Shown: one piece after another, positions 11,712-24,201 of the stretch
Layout: each line of letters begins with the position of its first letter
Position numbering within the stretch: the first letter of the stretch is position 1
From: Entomortierella parvispora E1425
Taxonomy: Eukaryota; Fungi; Mortierellomycota
Assembly (NCBI GenBank): GCA_020891255.1
Contig: BQFW01000015.1
Coordinates: forward strand, 1,178,001-1,242,000
DNA length: 64,000 nucleotides
Reading direction: 5' to 3'
Translations under genes and position numbers: made by a program
Notes under the pieces: generated by a model
Database searches by the model: none
What the model saw: only the letters and a program-made list of their open reading frames with translations
What the model was told of the DNA's origin: nothing

Positions 11712-13699
11712 ATGTCCAATTCTGAACCTCAACTTCATACGACAGAGGTACGCGGTCTGTTATATGCTGTTCCCGTCAAGAAAAGTCCAATGGAATGAAC
11801 TCCATGTGAATGGAAATCGAGACTAATGTCAAACTTTTTAACTTTTGTCTCTCCGCCTACATAGCAGCAGTGGGAACAGGACCTGGACCTGGACCTGGAC
11901 CAAGAGCAGGAGGGTATCTACATTGCCATTCCTCCGCCTCTTGTCTCTCCGCTCACTCTCCAGCTGGACTCTAGTCGAAACAGCAGCAACAACCAGCTAC
12001 CAACGCCTACCTCGTCCCAGTCCTACACCCAATGGGCTATGGATGGCCATTTCCGACAGACTCAGTCTGGGTCTGCTGGGTCTAGTCAACACCAACCACC
12101 AACAGACAACACTCGTGGGCTTCCAACTTTTATTGCGCCATCTTCCTCTGCTGCTGCCCAAGCCGCTTTGGTGACACCTGTTTCCCCCCCTCCAATATCG
12201 TTACCTGCCCAGCTGTTGAACAGACTCTATCCCTTCTCCACCATGGCTACACCCTCTACGGATATATCTTGCGCGTCTTCTTCAGCAGCACAAGCGATGC
12301 GGATCAACAACAACAGTCAACATTTCTCGGTGTCTGGCAGTAGTTTTGGAAGTAGTAGCAACAGCAGCAGCCATAACCAAAGCTACTCGACCCCGCGCTC
12401 GCATCTACCCTACATGACAGCCTCTGGAGCGTCCCATGACATATCGTCCAATAACGCTCAAACAGAGTCCACGCGCTCGGCGGCAGCGGCTATTATTGCC
12501 AACTCTATCATTCATTCCAGAGACATCCGTGCGCCTCGAGGCTCAAGTCCGTATATCCCGTCATCATTATCCATGTTGTTCACTGACCCAGAAATCATGC
12601 AGGTCCAAGAGGAAATGGCGCGCACGACTGACCACTTGCAACGGCGACATCATTTGGATTCACAACACACACTCTTGTCAGAGCCTGGACAGGATAGGCA
12701 CTTGAACAATGAGGGATCGGACTTGGAGGACCTCTTGGATGATCATGAAAGACAGGAACATCGGTCCCTTCTTGGGGGCACAGATACCCCAGGACCGCCT
12801 GATGAAGGGCTTGGCTATGGATATGAAGTGATGCAGGACCATGAGTACGAGGGGGCTTTCCAACAAGACATGTCTAGAGAAGATTACATTGCTCCTCATG
12901 AACCAACATCTTCGAGTCCATTGTTCCCGTCGCCGTTGACAACCCTGGGAAGATTTGGGCCCGGTACGATGCCCTCAGACCTTACAAGAGGTAAAGAAAA
13001 TGGCTCATATGCATGGGGCAGGAGAGCTCCACTTTGTCTTTTAGGCGTTCACGGATGCTGACATGCAACACCATGCTGTGCTCAACCTGTGAGCGTAAAA
13101 CAACATTAACGCGTCTTTTTTTTTTTTTTTTTCCCTCTCTCTTTCTTTTTGTGTCGTGTGCTCTTTGAATAGAACGGCAAGCTGCAAATGCTGGCAGGAT
13201 ATGGCAGGATTATGGAACAATGGGTGCCTCTCTTTCTCAGTCCCAGTCTTCGCAACAACAACCTACATTCACCCCGCCCATGAACCAAAGCCATGCAGCC
13301 TACTACCACGCGGTCTCGAACCACTCTTATTCCTCTCAAGAGGAATCGCAATCAAACAGCACCAGTACTACCTGTGTTCCCACGGGTCATTATGCAGTCC
13401 CAGAGGATGGGCGATGGAGACGACCTCGAGGCCGAGGTCCTAGCCATCAATCGTACGCGAGTGCAGGAAGCACGGGCGGTTGGTCAAGACAACGGCTCGA
13501 AAACGGTCGCGAAGACAATTGTCTCCGGGGAATGTAGGTCCTTGAGAAGCCTTTAGACTCTGTGAAGAAACCATGCTTTCACCTCTAGTTTGCTGACAGC
13601 TTTTTCTTTAATACGACTAGACTGATCTCGATCGTCAGTTGCTGGGTCTGCTGTGAGAGTCCAGCCGCAGCACCCTGTTGTTCGAGTTGTTGTCTTTGA
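11712..13699 (+). CDS. 533-aa S/Q/H-rich disordered protein with C-terminal cysteine-rich membrane module (CYSTM-like); exons 11712-11747, 11865-12990, 13173-13533, 13621-13699
   Basis: Four exons total 1602 nt and stay in frame with GT-AG introns; final splice yields DNCLRGILISIVSCWVCCESPAAAPCCSSCCL*. Confidence 0.75.
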
Positions 13700-13715
13700 G
13701 CAATACATGACTCTG

Positions 13716-13747
13716 TGCTACCATGCTACCATGCTACCATGCTACCA
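13716..13747. repeat. Tandem octamer (TGCTACCA)4 just after the stop codon
   Basis: Direct reading of four perfect copies. Confidence 0.95.
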
Positions 13748-15003
13748 GCCACCGAACCACCTTTTATTTCTTCTGCAGAACTCTTTGCCATTTCCTTGGC
13801 ATTTCTTTTTTGTGGATGATATTCAGTGGAAACTTCTCAGAAAATGTTTCTGTTTCCTTGAACTGAGGCGCTCCTTTTGGAACCGGTTACTCCTGCTCCC
13901 AAGAGCAATTTCACTGACTTTCTGGGCCTAATGCTCCTACTTGTCCCATTTGTCCCCCCACCCTCGCCTTCCAGCAGTTTCCCGTGCACTCTTCTGGTCT
14001 TGCTGTCCCGCCCACAGAAAGGTCTAAATGACCCCTCAAAGGTCTTTCTAAGGCTGTTTTGCGCCCATCTTCAAGCGAATTGAAATCGGCAAGGGGGTTT
14101 CATTCTCTTTGGCAGACCATGAAGACCAACATTGAATACACCCTATCAACAACTTTTGTAATAGCCTAAGCAATATCGATGCTTGTCAAAACGACAAAAA
14201 CAACACGATCGACACCTATTTCATGCTTTCTCCTCCACTGGCCACAACCACAACACAAACACTCAAACAAGTCGTCAGTCCACCATCCAACTTTACAAAA
14301 GTACAAAAACATGAGTTTTCTGTTGCTCTCATTTATTGATTCCCAGTTGTGTGAAGCATTTTATTCCGCGCTCTTTTTTTTTTTTTTTTCTCGATATTTC
14401 CGCGGCCCAGATCCTGACGCTATCGATGGGTTGTTTTCCCTGTAAAATGATGCTTTGGTTTTTGGACATGGTTCACGGGCTGGATGTTGTCTGCGTCATT
14501 GCTAACCCACGAGCAAAGAACAGGCAGAACCATTGTTCAGGACCAAAGGCTGTGGCGCAAGAAGACAATCGCTCCCCTTTCCCCCGCGCAGCACGCGAAG
14601 GGCGCGTTGGGATGAGACAAGTGGGCCTTTTGTTTTGTTCCAGGGCAAGGACCAGGCTGATGATTATGTACTCTGCAGTCGTTCAAACCATAAACGGCAC
14701 TTTTTTTCTTTTTTTTTTTTTTTTTGCGGTCCGCTTCTTCTCCCTGCTCCGGTCCGTCCATGGCCAGGGCAGTAGACTAGCATGGGATGAAGGGTGGCCA
14801 TGCGCCTGCGAGGGAAGGGCCGAGGACGAACCAGGCAGGCACCTTCTGTGTTTGTGTCCCTGCTCTTTGTTCACGCAGTTACCATTTTCTTCCGTGTGTT
14901 TTCCTTTCCTCTTCTCTTTTCTTCTCTTTTCTTTTTTTTTCCCTTTCATTCCTCTCATTCACCCCTCCATCCTTCCTCTTCCCCCACCCTTCCTCCAAGA
15001 ACC

Positions 15004-15805
15004 ATGTCCAACAACTACGGTACCGCTCGTCGCGACGAGGAGAACGCGCCCCTTTTGAACGGACAGGCCATCACTGTCGCTGAGGTCAACGATACCTTCT
15101 ACGGCCGTACCGTCCGTCACGTCCACCACCACGGCAAGCGTTACTTTGCCCTTTGGCTCTTTGCTGCCGTTACTGCCATCACCGTTGTCCTTGGCCTTTA
15201 CCACTACGAGAAGAACAAGCACCACGATGTTCCCTCCACCCCCGGTGAGGGTGACTCGCTCTTGAAGCACCCCGCTGTCTGCGAGTCTGACCGCAGCTAC
15301 CCCATTGCCATCCTCTTGTCCATCTTTTTCGGATACGTCGGGTAAGGGACACGTTCTGCTATGGATGCCTCTTCTGTCTGAACAGAAAGGCGTGTGAAAA
15401 AGGACGTCTTTTTATCGAGAAAAATGACAAGCAACTGACCATTGGATGAATTTCCTCCGTGTTTTTTTTTTATTTTCATTTCTGTTACTGCTCTACTTTT
15501 CTCCTTTCCCCAGAGTTGACCGTTTCTACCTCGGCTATGTCATCTCCGCCTTGTTGAAGCTCGCCACCGGTAAGAAGACAAGATGATGATAAAAAGAATC
15601 TGGATAGCAATTGATGCCGATAACATGGATTAAGATAAAAAAGAGAAGCGGAACAACCCAGACTGATCATCGACCATTGCTTCTCTTCTCTCTTTAAAAA
15701 AAATCACTAGCTGGTGGATTCGGTATCTGGTACATCATCGACATCATCCTGATTGTCATTGGTGGCCTCCCCGACCACAACGGATGCTCTCTCGTTGCTC
15801 CTTAA
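15004..15805 (+). CDS. TM2-domain membrane protein; exons 15004-15341, 15514-15569, 15711-15805
   Basis: RSYPIAILLSIFFGYVGVDRFYLGY...LKLATAGGFGIWYIIDIILI matches the TM2 domain with its DRFYLG motif. Confidence 0.92.
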
Positions 15806-16742
15806 ACAATCTATCTTCTCTCTCTGCATATATCCCCGTCACCCTCTTAAAAAAACCACCTAGCGCGCGGTTGATGGAGTGAAATCTATGTCGTTGCTCA
15901 TCCATCACTTTGAGCACGGGTCAGAAAACTCCAGGGACTGCAAGCAATAAAAAATGTATAAAAAAATGAACAATGTCCTCATGGTGGTGCAACTGAAAAT
16001 GAAAGGCAACTACGAGGTCAAGTCGATTCGCCGCTTTGTTTGCTCGCAAAGCTATGCACGCCACGCAAGACAGAAAGACAAGCAGAGCACCTGACCCATT
16101 TTTTTTGTACCCTTGTGTTTTCTCGAACAGCACCTTTTCTGACCGACAATAACATTGGGCAATGGTGCCGACCATGGTTTTGGATATGCGGGGAAGAGAG
16201 ACCAAGAAAAACAAGAAAAAAGGGAGATCCTTAAATCGCGCAAGGCCACACGAATCAGAAATAGCCATTGAAGCAGGGTATGTATGTATGTACGCATGCA
16301 GCAGCAAAGAGGGATTTATGAGAAACAAGAAAAGAGAAAGGACCCCGGGCCAGCCAGCCAACCAGTCCCCACCCCCTCATTCCTACAGGTCGTCATCGGT
16401 GTCCAGATGGAAAGCTTATTGGCCCTGGTCACGGTGCCTTGATTTATTTAGCGTGAGGAACCTATTAGCAAAAGTCTACTTTTAACTTTCGTTTCACTCT
16501 CTCTAGCTTTCTATCTCTTCTTTGTTCTCCATCTCTTCTTTCTTCTCTGTCCATTCATCCTACTCGTCCATTCATCCGTTCATTCGTTCATTCATTCATT
16601 CATTCTTTCACTCGTCTCTCTTTGAGCTCGGTCCTCTTTGCCTCCGTTGTTTCCTTCTTTATCTCCCTCGCCTCAATGACACGCTGGCTCTGGTGTCCCT
16701 GAACCGTTTCTCTATCTTTCTCCTCCTTGATTCTCTACTGCC

Positions 16743-19599
16743 ATGAATTTCCTCTTTGCCACCAACTCCACCCCACCAGCTCAAACCCCTCAGGTCCTCT
16801 CTTGCAACACCTCCCTCAGCCGTTCCTCGACCCAAACCAGTCCCAGTGCCGTCTCTCCTACCCCACCTTCAACCTCCTCCCAGGACCTCGAACTCGTCAT
16901 TGAAATCGAGTCTTCATTCCATGGAGTGCTCTTGGGCATGCCAGAGGAATCCTCTGGCGCAGTTTTAAATGCAACTGCCATTCTACATGTCCGCAAGAAA
17001 CCTATCCGTGCAACAAAGCTCACTGCGACCTTTGATGGCCGGATCAAGGTCCAGTGCAGCGACGGAGCCACCTTCGGTCCAGAACGTATGTTCTTGCAAC
17101 TTTCCTTCATCTTGCTTATCTCTGTTGTGGAGAGGATAGGGTGGTCGTAGGATAGACTTTTTTGTTTGCATCTGCCTTTTTCAGTTGTTGATAACGGTTT
17201 ACTTTCTTCTCCTTTTTTTCCTCTTGACAGAATACCGGGAACGAGTCCTAGCCCACAAGGACTGGGTGCTCTGGGAGGCAGGGAGCAACACTCACAACGC
17301 TGCAGCTGGATCAGGATCAAAGAATCATATTCCAGTAGGAACTCATTACTACCCACTCTCGATTCAGCTCGATGGAGCTCTACCTCCCACCTTCAGCGGA
17401 AAGCATGGATCGATCCGATACATTCTCTCTTCCACGCTCCTTCGTCCATTGTTCTACAGCGATGTCAATACCGTTCAGGAGATTGAAATCAAGCGATGTC
17501 TTGTAGACAGTGTGAATCACATCGATGGTGCCTCCTCTTCCCAAACCAGGCAACAGGACCTTGGATCATTGCTTCTGAACCAACTCTCTAGGGCGAGTCT
17601 TTCGGACAACACGAGAGAGCTACCCACAGGACCAACAACAATCACACACCATAACACGCACAAAGAATTGCTGCGATATACATCTTCGTCACCTCCCATT
17701 GCCCATCTGGAAGGAGGGCTTATTCAGGTAGATCTCGCACTAGAGCCTTTACCACCAGGTTCCTATATTTATTCAATCGCATACGGTCTCAAGGAGCTCA
17801 TCCACTACAGATCTTCAGCCACCGGAAACGCTGCCGACAACAAGTCAGAGATTTTATACCCCATCGGCCAGCAAACCGTCATCATCCCTCGTGACCTGGA
17901 GAGAGAAAGAGCCATGTCCAGCGCAGGCGCAGGAGCATCGACTCGTCAATTACTGGAGCTTAGACCGTGCCCGCTTTTGACAAATGGAGACATTGTGACA
18001 CCTCTTGTTGAAGTCCAGCATCGAATCACCTGCAACGTTGCCATTGTCCTACCTGATTCTATCCGACGGCGAAACACCCTCTCTGGCAGTCGCACTCGCA
18101 ATAGAAGCGATAGCACGAGCGACAGTAACGGAACATCCAGTGGTGGAGGTGGAATCCTGCGTCGACTCAACCTCGCTCCGCAGCCTCTCGCCCCAAGCCT
18201 TAACCTCATTGACTCTACTGGATCGGAGGTGGCAAACAATGCAGTTTTGCTTGGCGAACCTACACTCTCCATCATTGAACCTGCCCTCATGCCAGCCACA
18301 GTGGAATTGAACGACGCTCCTCCTCCTCCGCCGTCGACCCACATTGAGAGCACTTTACTAGAGTTTCCAATTATCTTGACTTCTCGGTACCCCTCTCCTG
18401 GCAGAGAGCTTATTACCTCTCGGGCTGAGCAGACACCATTACCAGAAGAGATTGCGTTCAAGACTGTCAACAACGATGACTTTGCTTATCAAGCTCTGAG
18501 CTCTAACAGTTACTCCTCGTCGAATTTGGCGACCTCACTGCATACTCGTCCTCCAGTTGCTATGGTTCCCGCGCCTCCATCGAACTTTCAACAATTTGTT
18601 CACAATCAGGAGATTGCGCCTAGCGTCATCCTTACGACGGGGACGACCATTCAACCACACCATGGCCGCATGGTCCCAGCACACACCGGGTCTGGGACCT
18701 CGTCTTCATCCCCTCGTTCTTCTCTAGAACAGGAACTAGCAGAGGGGGTGTCCGCACCGTCAACTCAAGGCTCACCGTTGTCAACGTCTGCCGACGAACG
18801 ACTGCCTTCCGATCCTCCTGGTCCCGATATTGAGTCCAGCATCACGAATTTTCGAGGAACAGGTCACAGCGGTATCAGCGCTGGACTCCGAGCTGCAGCT
18901 CAATCGGAGCAACATCCCCGGCTGCCAAATTATGGCGTGCAGGCTCTAGTAGATCACCCTGTAAACCACCCACCGGAGGATCTACCTAAATACGAAGACG
19001 TGATGGATATATTGGACACCTCCGAGTCGGGTCTAGGCATTACCATCCCTCATTCAACACCTATGCCAATGCCTGTTCCTCGAAGAACTGAGCTGCCATC
19101 TAGCCATAGCTCCTTCAGTCCTCGCTTTTCTGGCTCGTCTCAATCGCCAGTGATGTACCAACCTACAAGTTCTACACCAAGGGCTCATGTTTTTGGGTCT
19201 TCACTCTCTTCCAGCCCTGTCGTATTAGCACCGGAATCATTGCAGACAATCAGTCGCGATGGCCAACGGTCAAGTCCTCAATGGAACCGGGGTCACGTAC
19301 GGACAGATTCGGCGGCCTCCATGCTCATGTCAACCTCTCTGGTGAGGAGTCAGGGCCCAACCATGACCAACCCTTCTATGACCAACCCTTGGGGTATGAT
19401 GACACCCTCGCAAGCCTCAATTTCTCAGCAGCAACAACACCCACGTCAGCAGCAACAACATCGCCACCAACGTCAGCGCAGCGTCGGTGCAGCCACTATT
19501 ATGGGGTCCCTCGGCCGCAACGGCGGCTATCTATCGCAGCAGCCTGTATCCTTGGTCATGACAGACAGCCTTTTGACGCCACCAGCCTATGTTGAGTAA
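16743..19599 (+). CDS. Alpha-arrestin (ART-like ubiquitin ligase adaptor); exons 16743-17085, 17231-19599
   Basis: Arrestin-N motif GTHYYPLSIQLDGALPPTFSGKHGSIRY, long S/P-rich tail with PY motifs LPNY, LPKY and terminal PPAY. Confidence 0.85.
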
Positions 19600-19915
19600 A
19601 GGCGGAAGTAAGTTTTTCCCAGATACCAGCGCTGCCGATCGTCTTTACCAAGAGATTGAATAAAAATCCTCGCACCAGGGCACCGCGCACCGCGCACGCG
19701 TGCAGGTGAAACGCGGTCACAGCACTTTTCTGCGGACTTGGCATGCTTCGCTCATCTTTTTCTTCTTTTTCGACTTCACCCTCTTCATTCTCCATTGGTT
19801 GTCGACTCTCTGTGGGCCAATCTCGTCCACCTCCATCTACAAGACAGCGCTTCAAATTACCCATCTCAAACAACACCTTCCATAGGAACAATCACATCAA
19901 TTCACAACACCCGTA

Positions 19916-21815
19916 ATGAACAATCCTTTCACAGAGCCCTCCTACTTTTCTGGGGATAGGCCCTCGGCTCCACGGATAGATCGACATAACTCTGGTACAT
20001 CTTCTATACGGCTAGAGGACCCATCCGATCTTTCAAGCGGAGCCGGCTTTGGGTCTGCAACCTCAAAATTCACAGGCGCAGCTCTGTCTCTGCTAACGCG
20101 GATACAGGACAGGCTGCCGGAAAGGTTCCGACCATGGTTCTGGTTAGGACTCTGGTTCAGCGTTGTAGGGCTGATCATTGGCCTCTTTGCTGGATTCCAC
20201 TCCGAGATCTTTCAATTCCTGGAATCTCTGGCTACTTTCCTCAAGGAATTGGGACCTTTGTATGTACATTTCATCCCCAAGCTTCCATTTTGCAACCATC
20301 ACGGTTGTGCGGCAGGAGATAAAATATCAAAGAAAAGGGGGGCATTGAGGACTAACTCCCTAACTAAACCCCACCTCTCTCTATGACATTCCAACTGCTA
20401 GAGGTCCGCCCGTTTTGATGGCATGTCTGTTTGTAACGTCGTTTCCACCAATGATAGGATACTCTTCTATTGTCACCATGGCTGGTAATGAACGCATTTT
20501 AAAAAAGAGAAAGAAAAAAACGATAAAGGATGACACAAGATGTTGGACACCGAGGCTGACTTGCTTTTTTTTATTGTAGGATACGTGTATGGATTTCTTT
20601 TTGGATTTGCCATTGCATTCTCGGCTGCATTAGCTGGATCGATCGTCTGCTTTTATTTTTGTCGGCGTTGGTTCAAAGCCCAGGTCCGGACGCTGATGTC
20701 CAAGAACAAGAGTCTGAAGAGCGTGGTCAGGACTGTGGAAAAGCGAGGATTCAGAGTACGTTGTCATCCAAAGTCAACAATTCTAAAAGATATCATCTTC
20801 TTTTGACCATTGGGCAAATGACTAACCCTTGTCACTGCCATTTCGTATCCTTCTTTCGTTTCAGCTACTTGTTCTGATCCGGTTGGCACCATACCCCTTT
20901 AATGTTATGAACGCACTTTTGTCGGCTACCCATATCCCGCTTCCAACATTTGCTCTGGCGACTGCTATCTCGCTCCTCAAACTGACGCTGCACGTTTACA
21001 TTGGTTCGACTCTCTCGACATTGACTGGAAGCAATCCTGATGAGGAAGATGATCCCAGTAACCCCGACAAGAAGAATCATGGCAAGGCATTGAAGGTTGT
21101 GGTCATGGTCATGAGTATCTTCCTGGGTATTGGAGTAGGCGCCTATGTCTGGATGGTTGCTAAGCGCGAGGTTGCGATTACAGAGGCGATCAGGATCGAA
21201 CGGAGAAGACGTAGGCGTCTCGGTCTGCAAACCCACCAAAGGATGCCATCCGACGGCAGTGAGATTGAATTGGGGCCGAATTCTATTCCCAATGTGGATA
21301 TCACAAACCGGGGATCCTTGGCGGGTCTATTTGGACAATCGTCCAATTATCCAGATGGTTCCGCACTCAACTCGGATTATGTCGGGGGTGGATACTTGGA
21401 CGACGATGAGGATGAACATGAGGAACAATCTTTGTTTGGGAATTTCTCTGACCCACTGGGCCCTTTCCAACAATCACAGTTGCATCAACAGCCGGATGAC
21501 TGGAGGAATGTGGGCGCCGTGGATCTGGACATGTCGACGGATTCAGAGGACACCTCTGACTATACAGATGAAGAGGGTCATGACAACCGCAGTCCTTTGG
21601 ATCTGGAGCGAGGTATGCCTGAGTACGGCTTGGGCTATGAGGAGGAAGAGGAAGGCGGTGCTCTTGATTTCTCGGCCCATCATGCCGGCCTTGTAGATTC
21701 CCCTTGGCATAATGATCCAGCGCTGGATGGTGTACCAGAGGAAGACGAAGACGATGGTGACGATTTGACCTTTCACTCTAATACATCAAAAAGTGGAGGC
21801 AACGGAGTATGGTGA
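19916..21815 (+). CDS. TVP38: TVP38/TMEM64 (DedA/VTT, SNARE-associated Golgi protein) with acidic C-terminal tail; four exons
   Basis: SFPPMIGYSS, GYVYGF..GFAIAF.AALAGS, LIRLAPYPFNVMNALLS motifs; introns at 20260-20401 and two further GT-AG introns. Confidence 0.88.
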
Positions 21816-24026
21816 AGAAACCAAAGTTCGATCTATAGTCATGTTCTGAAAATTAAACCCATCTGGAACTACTTTATTTTGGAGCAGTTACAAAGGAGCA
21901 AAGGGGCTGAACCGACGGTGCCAATGCTGACCAGTGCATAGTTACCGTTGAACAGACGTCAGTTGAGGCGCGTGAGGACGTTTCGGTGCTTCAACACCTG
22001 GTGGAGGAGGCTCACTATCTACAGAGTTTACTTTTGATTAATAAAAAAAAGTCGATCAGGCTGGGATGTCCTGCAACGTCTCAATTGTTTCAAGAAATTG
22101 ACAAAGAGGAACTCTTGGAGCTTTGAGGGGAGGCCCTTGCGAGTGAGCCCTTTCCTTGGAATTGTGCTGTAAAAAATAAAGAGGGAAATTGAGGTAGAGG
22201 AGAGCGATCGTACCCTGTTGATGCTTCTCAGTCCTGACAGCAAGAGACAGTAGAGATACCTATGACTGCCAATTGCTCTCAGATGTAAAGACGGGAGACG
22301 ACCTTGCAGCGAACGGAATGGCAGAAAAAGCCCCAGCCAGTGGTCAAGGTCGAATGACAGGAAAGCCTTCCTTCGCCCTGTAGGTTCTACGGGAAGTGAG
22401 CCTCAGAAAATGAAAAAAACGTGGCATTTTGGAACTCAAATGAGTGATGAGAGAACGCGCTAAATTTCATTTCTCTCCCTGGTCATCTGTTTTTTTTTTG
22501 TTTTTTATCTTTAGAGTATTACATTTACTTGCTGTAAATCGACATTCCATGAGTACGATGTCGAACACTGCCGCGACAGTGCTGCCATGCCATGTGGTAA
22601 GTTGGGTGGTTTTGAAAGAGCAATCGATCACGCAAGTTGCAAGCTTTGCTCCTGCAATTGACTGAGAAAAATCATGAAACTTGGCCTTCCAGGCTCGTTT
22701 CAATCTAATACATTCATACCCCCATGATTAACTTCACTATGTAGAAGATGAAATAGAGGTAATGACCATTATTTCCCCTCATGGTCCCAATGCTCGACCT
22801 TTTGTTCTTCTTTCTGGTCTTTTTTTACCGAGATATATTGAGAAGACCTTTAGGACTCGACCATAAAAGTGGTTCAAGCCCTCCCTCCTTCCCTGTTTCT
22901 CCGGTCTATTTTCAGATATAGATATTGATCCAAGCTAGGCCACTTGCCTTGCGACACAAGAGGGGGATTTGAAAATGGCTGCAAAGAGGTGGTTCAGCCT
23001 TCAAATCTCGGATAAAAGCCAAGTCGCTATTTCGGTCGAGTTTGTAGACGCACCACCACCTCCCCCCTTTCGCTCTCTTTGCTTTTTATCCATTTGCAGA
23101 AATGATCGATCCAAATGCGCGAAAGAAAATGGAGGCAACCAAAAGAAAGATAAAAAAAAATCAATAATAACAGGATGGTGCAACCACGAACGAATAAAAA
23201 AAAATGGCTGAAAGATAGTTTCTTGTGTGGCTCTCATCTTCCCAGGTTTTTTTTATTTTTTACCGCCTTGATCTATAATGGCCTTCGCTTACTTTTCTAA
23301 AGCGCCTGCTTTGACATGCAACATGGAACGCCCCCTGCACCAGATCCATTCTTTTAGCGATTTAATAGGTCAATGAGGGGCCCAATGTGCCACTGAATAG
23401 ACGATCGCCATCGGTGCTACTACACAGAAAGGAAGCGCAATGGCAAAAAGAAAAAGAAAAAGAAAAAAAGCACCGGTCAATGAACAAGAGTACAACAGGG
23501 CTTTATTCATCCCATTTTACATTTTCGACATGGCCGCCAACAACAGAGAGCACTGGGACGAGTTAGTCTCGATGGTTGGTTATATTTATGTTGTCGTTGT
23601 TGTTGCTGCTGTTCTTGTAATAGTGGTCGTTTAATGTGCAAGTTGCCTTCTTTTTGTTTACGGGCTAGTTCAAGATATATGGCGCGGAACGAGAGCGGCC
23701 ACGAGCGAGGGTGTGTTTATTTTCTACTCTCGCTCTCTCAACACTGACCCCTTTGCATCAGCACCCTTTCCTTTTGTTTCAGGACGGACACACGAGTTTC
23801 GGACGCGCGCGGTCGCTTCGTCTGCGTTCCGCTGGAGGGGAACTGAGAAGGAGTGACAAGAACTCATTGCCTCAATTGTTATTTTTATTTTTATTCGCAC
23901 CTTGTCGTTTGGAATGCTGGCGACTTTTCTTTTTCCGTTCTGCGCGAGCTGGATCTGCAGCTCTCCAAGTACCTCCGCTATTGCTCGCGCAGATCATGGG
24001 CAGAAGGCGAGGTCTTCTGGTTGGGG

Positions 24027-24033
24027 TATAAAA
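24027..24033 (+). promoter_or_regulatory. Candidate TATA box of the C2H2 gene
   Basis: TATAAAA about 170 bp upstream of the first ATG, followed by a pyrimidine-rich leader. Confidence 0.45.
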
Positions 24034-24201
24034 ATAGGGTGTGGTCGATGAACCCCCCGTCATCTTTTTTCTTTATCTCTTTTCTTTGCTTTCTCCACAA
24101 CGTGAACTCCCCCTGTTGGATATACCCTCTCTTACTGCCTCCCTTCCCTCTTATTCTTTCACCTCGACGGTCCTTCTTCTTTCACCACTCGATTCCAGCC
24201 T

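Noticed and set aside
20845-20853. GTATCCTT, the U12-type 5' splice consensus
   Set aside because: Lies near the 3' end of a normal U2-type TVP38 intron; no U12-type intron was found in the introns I traced.
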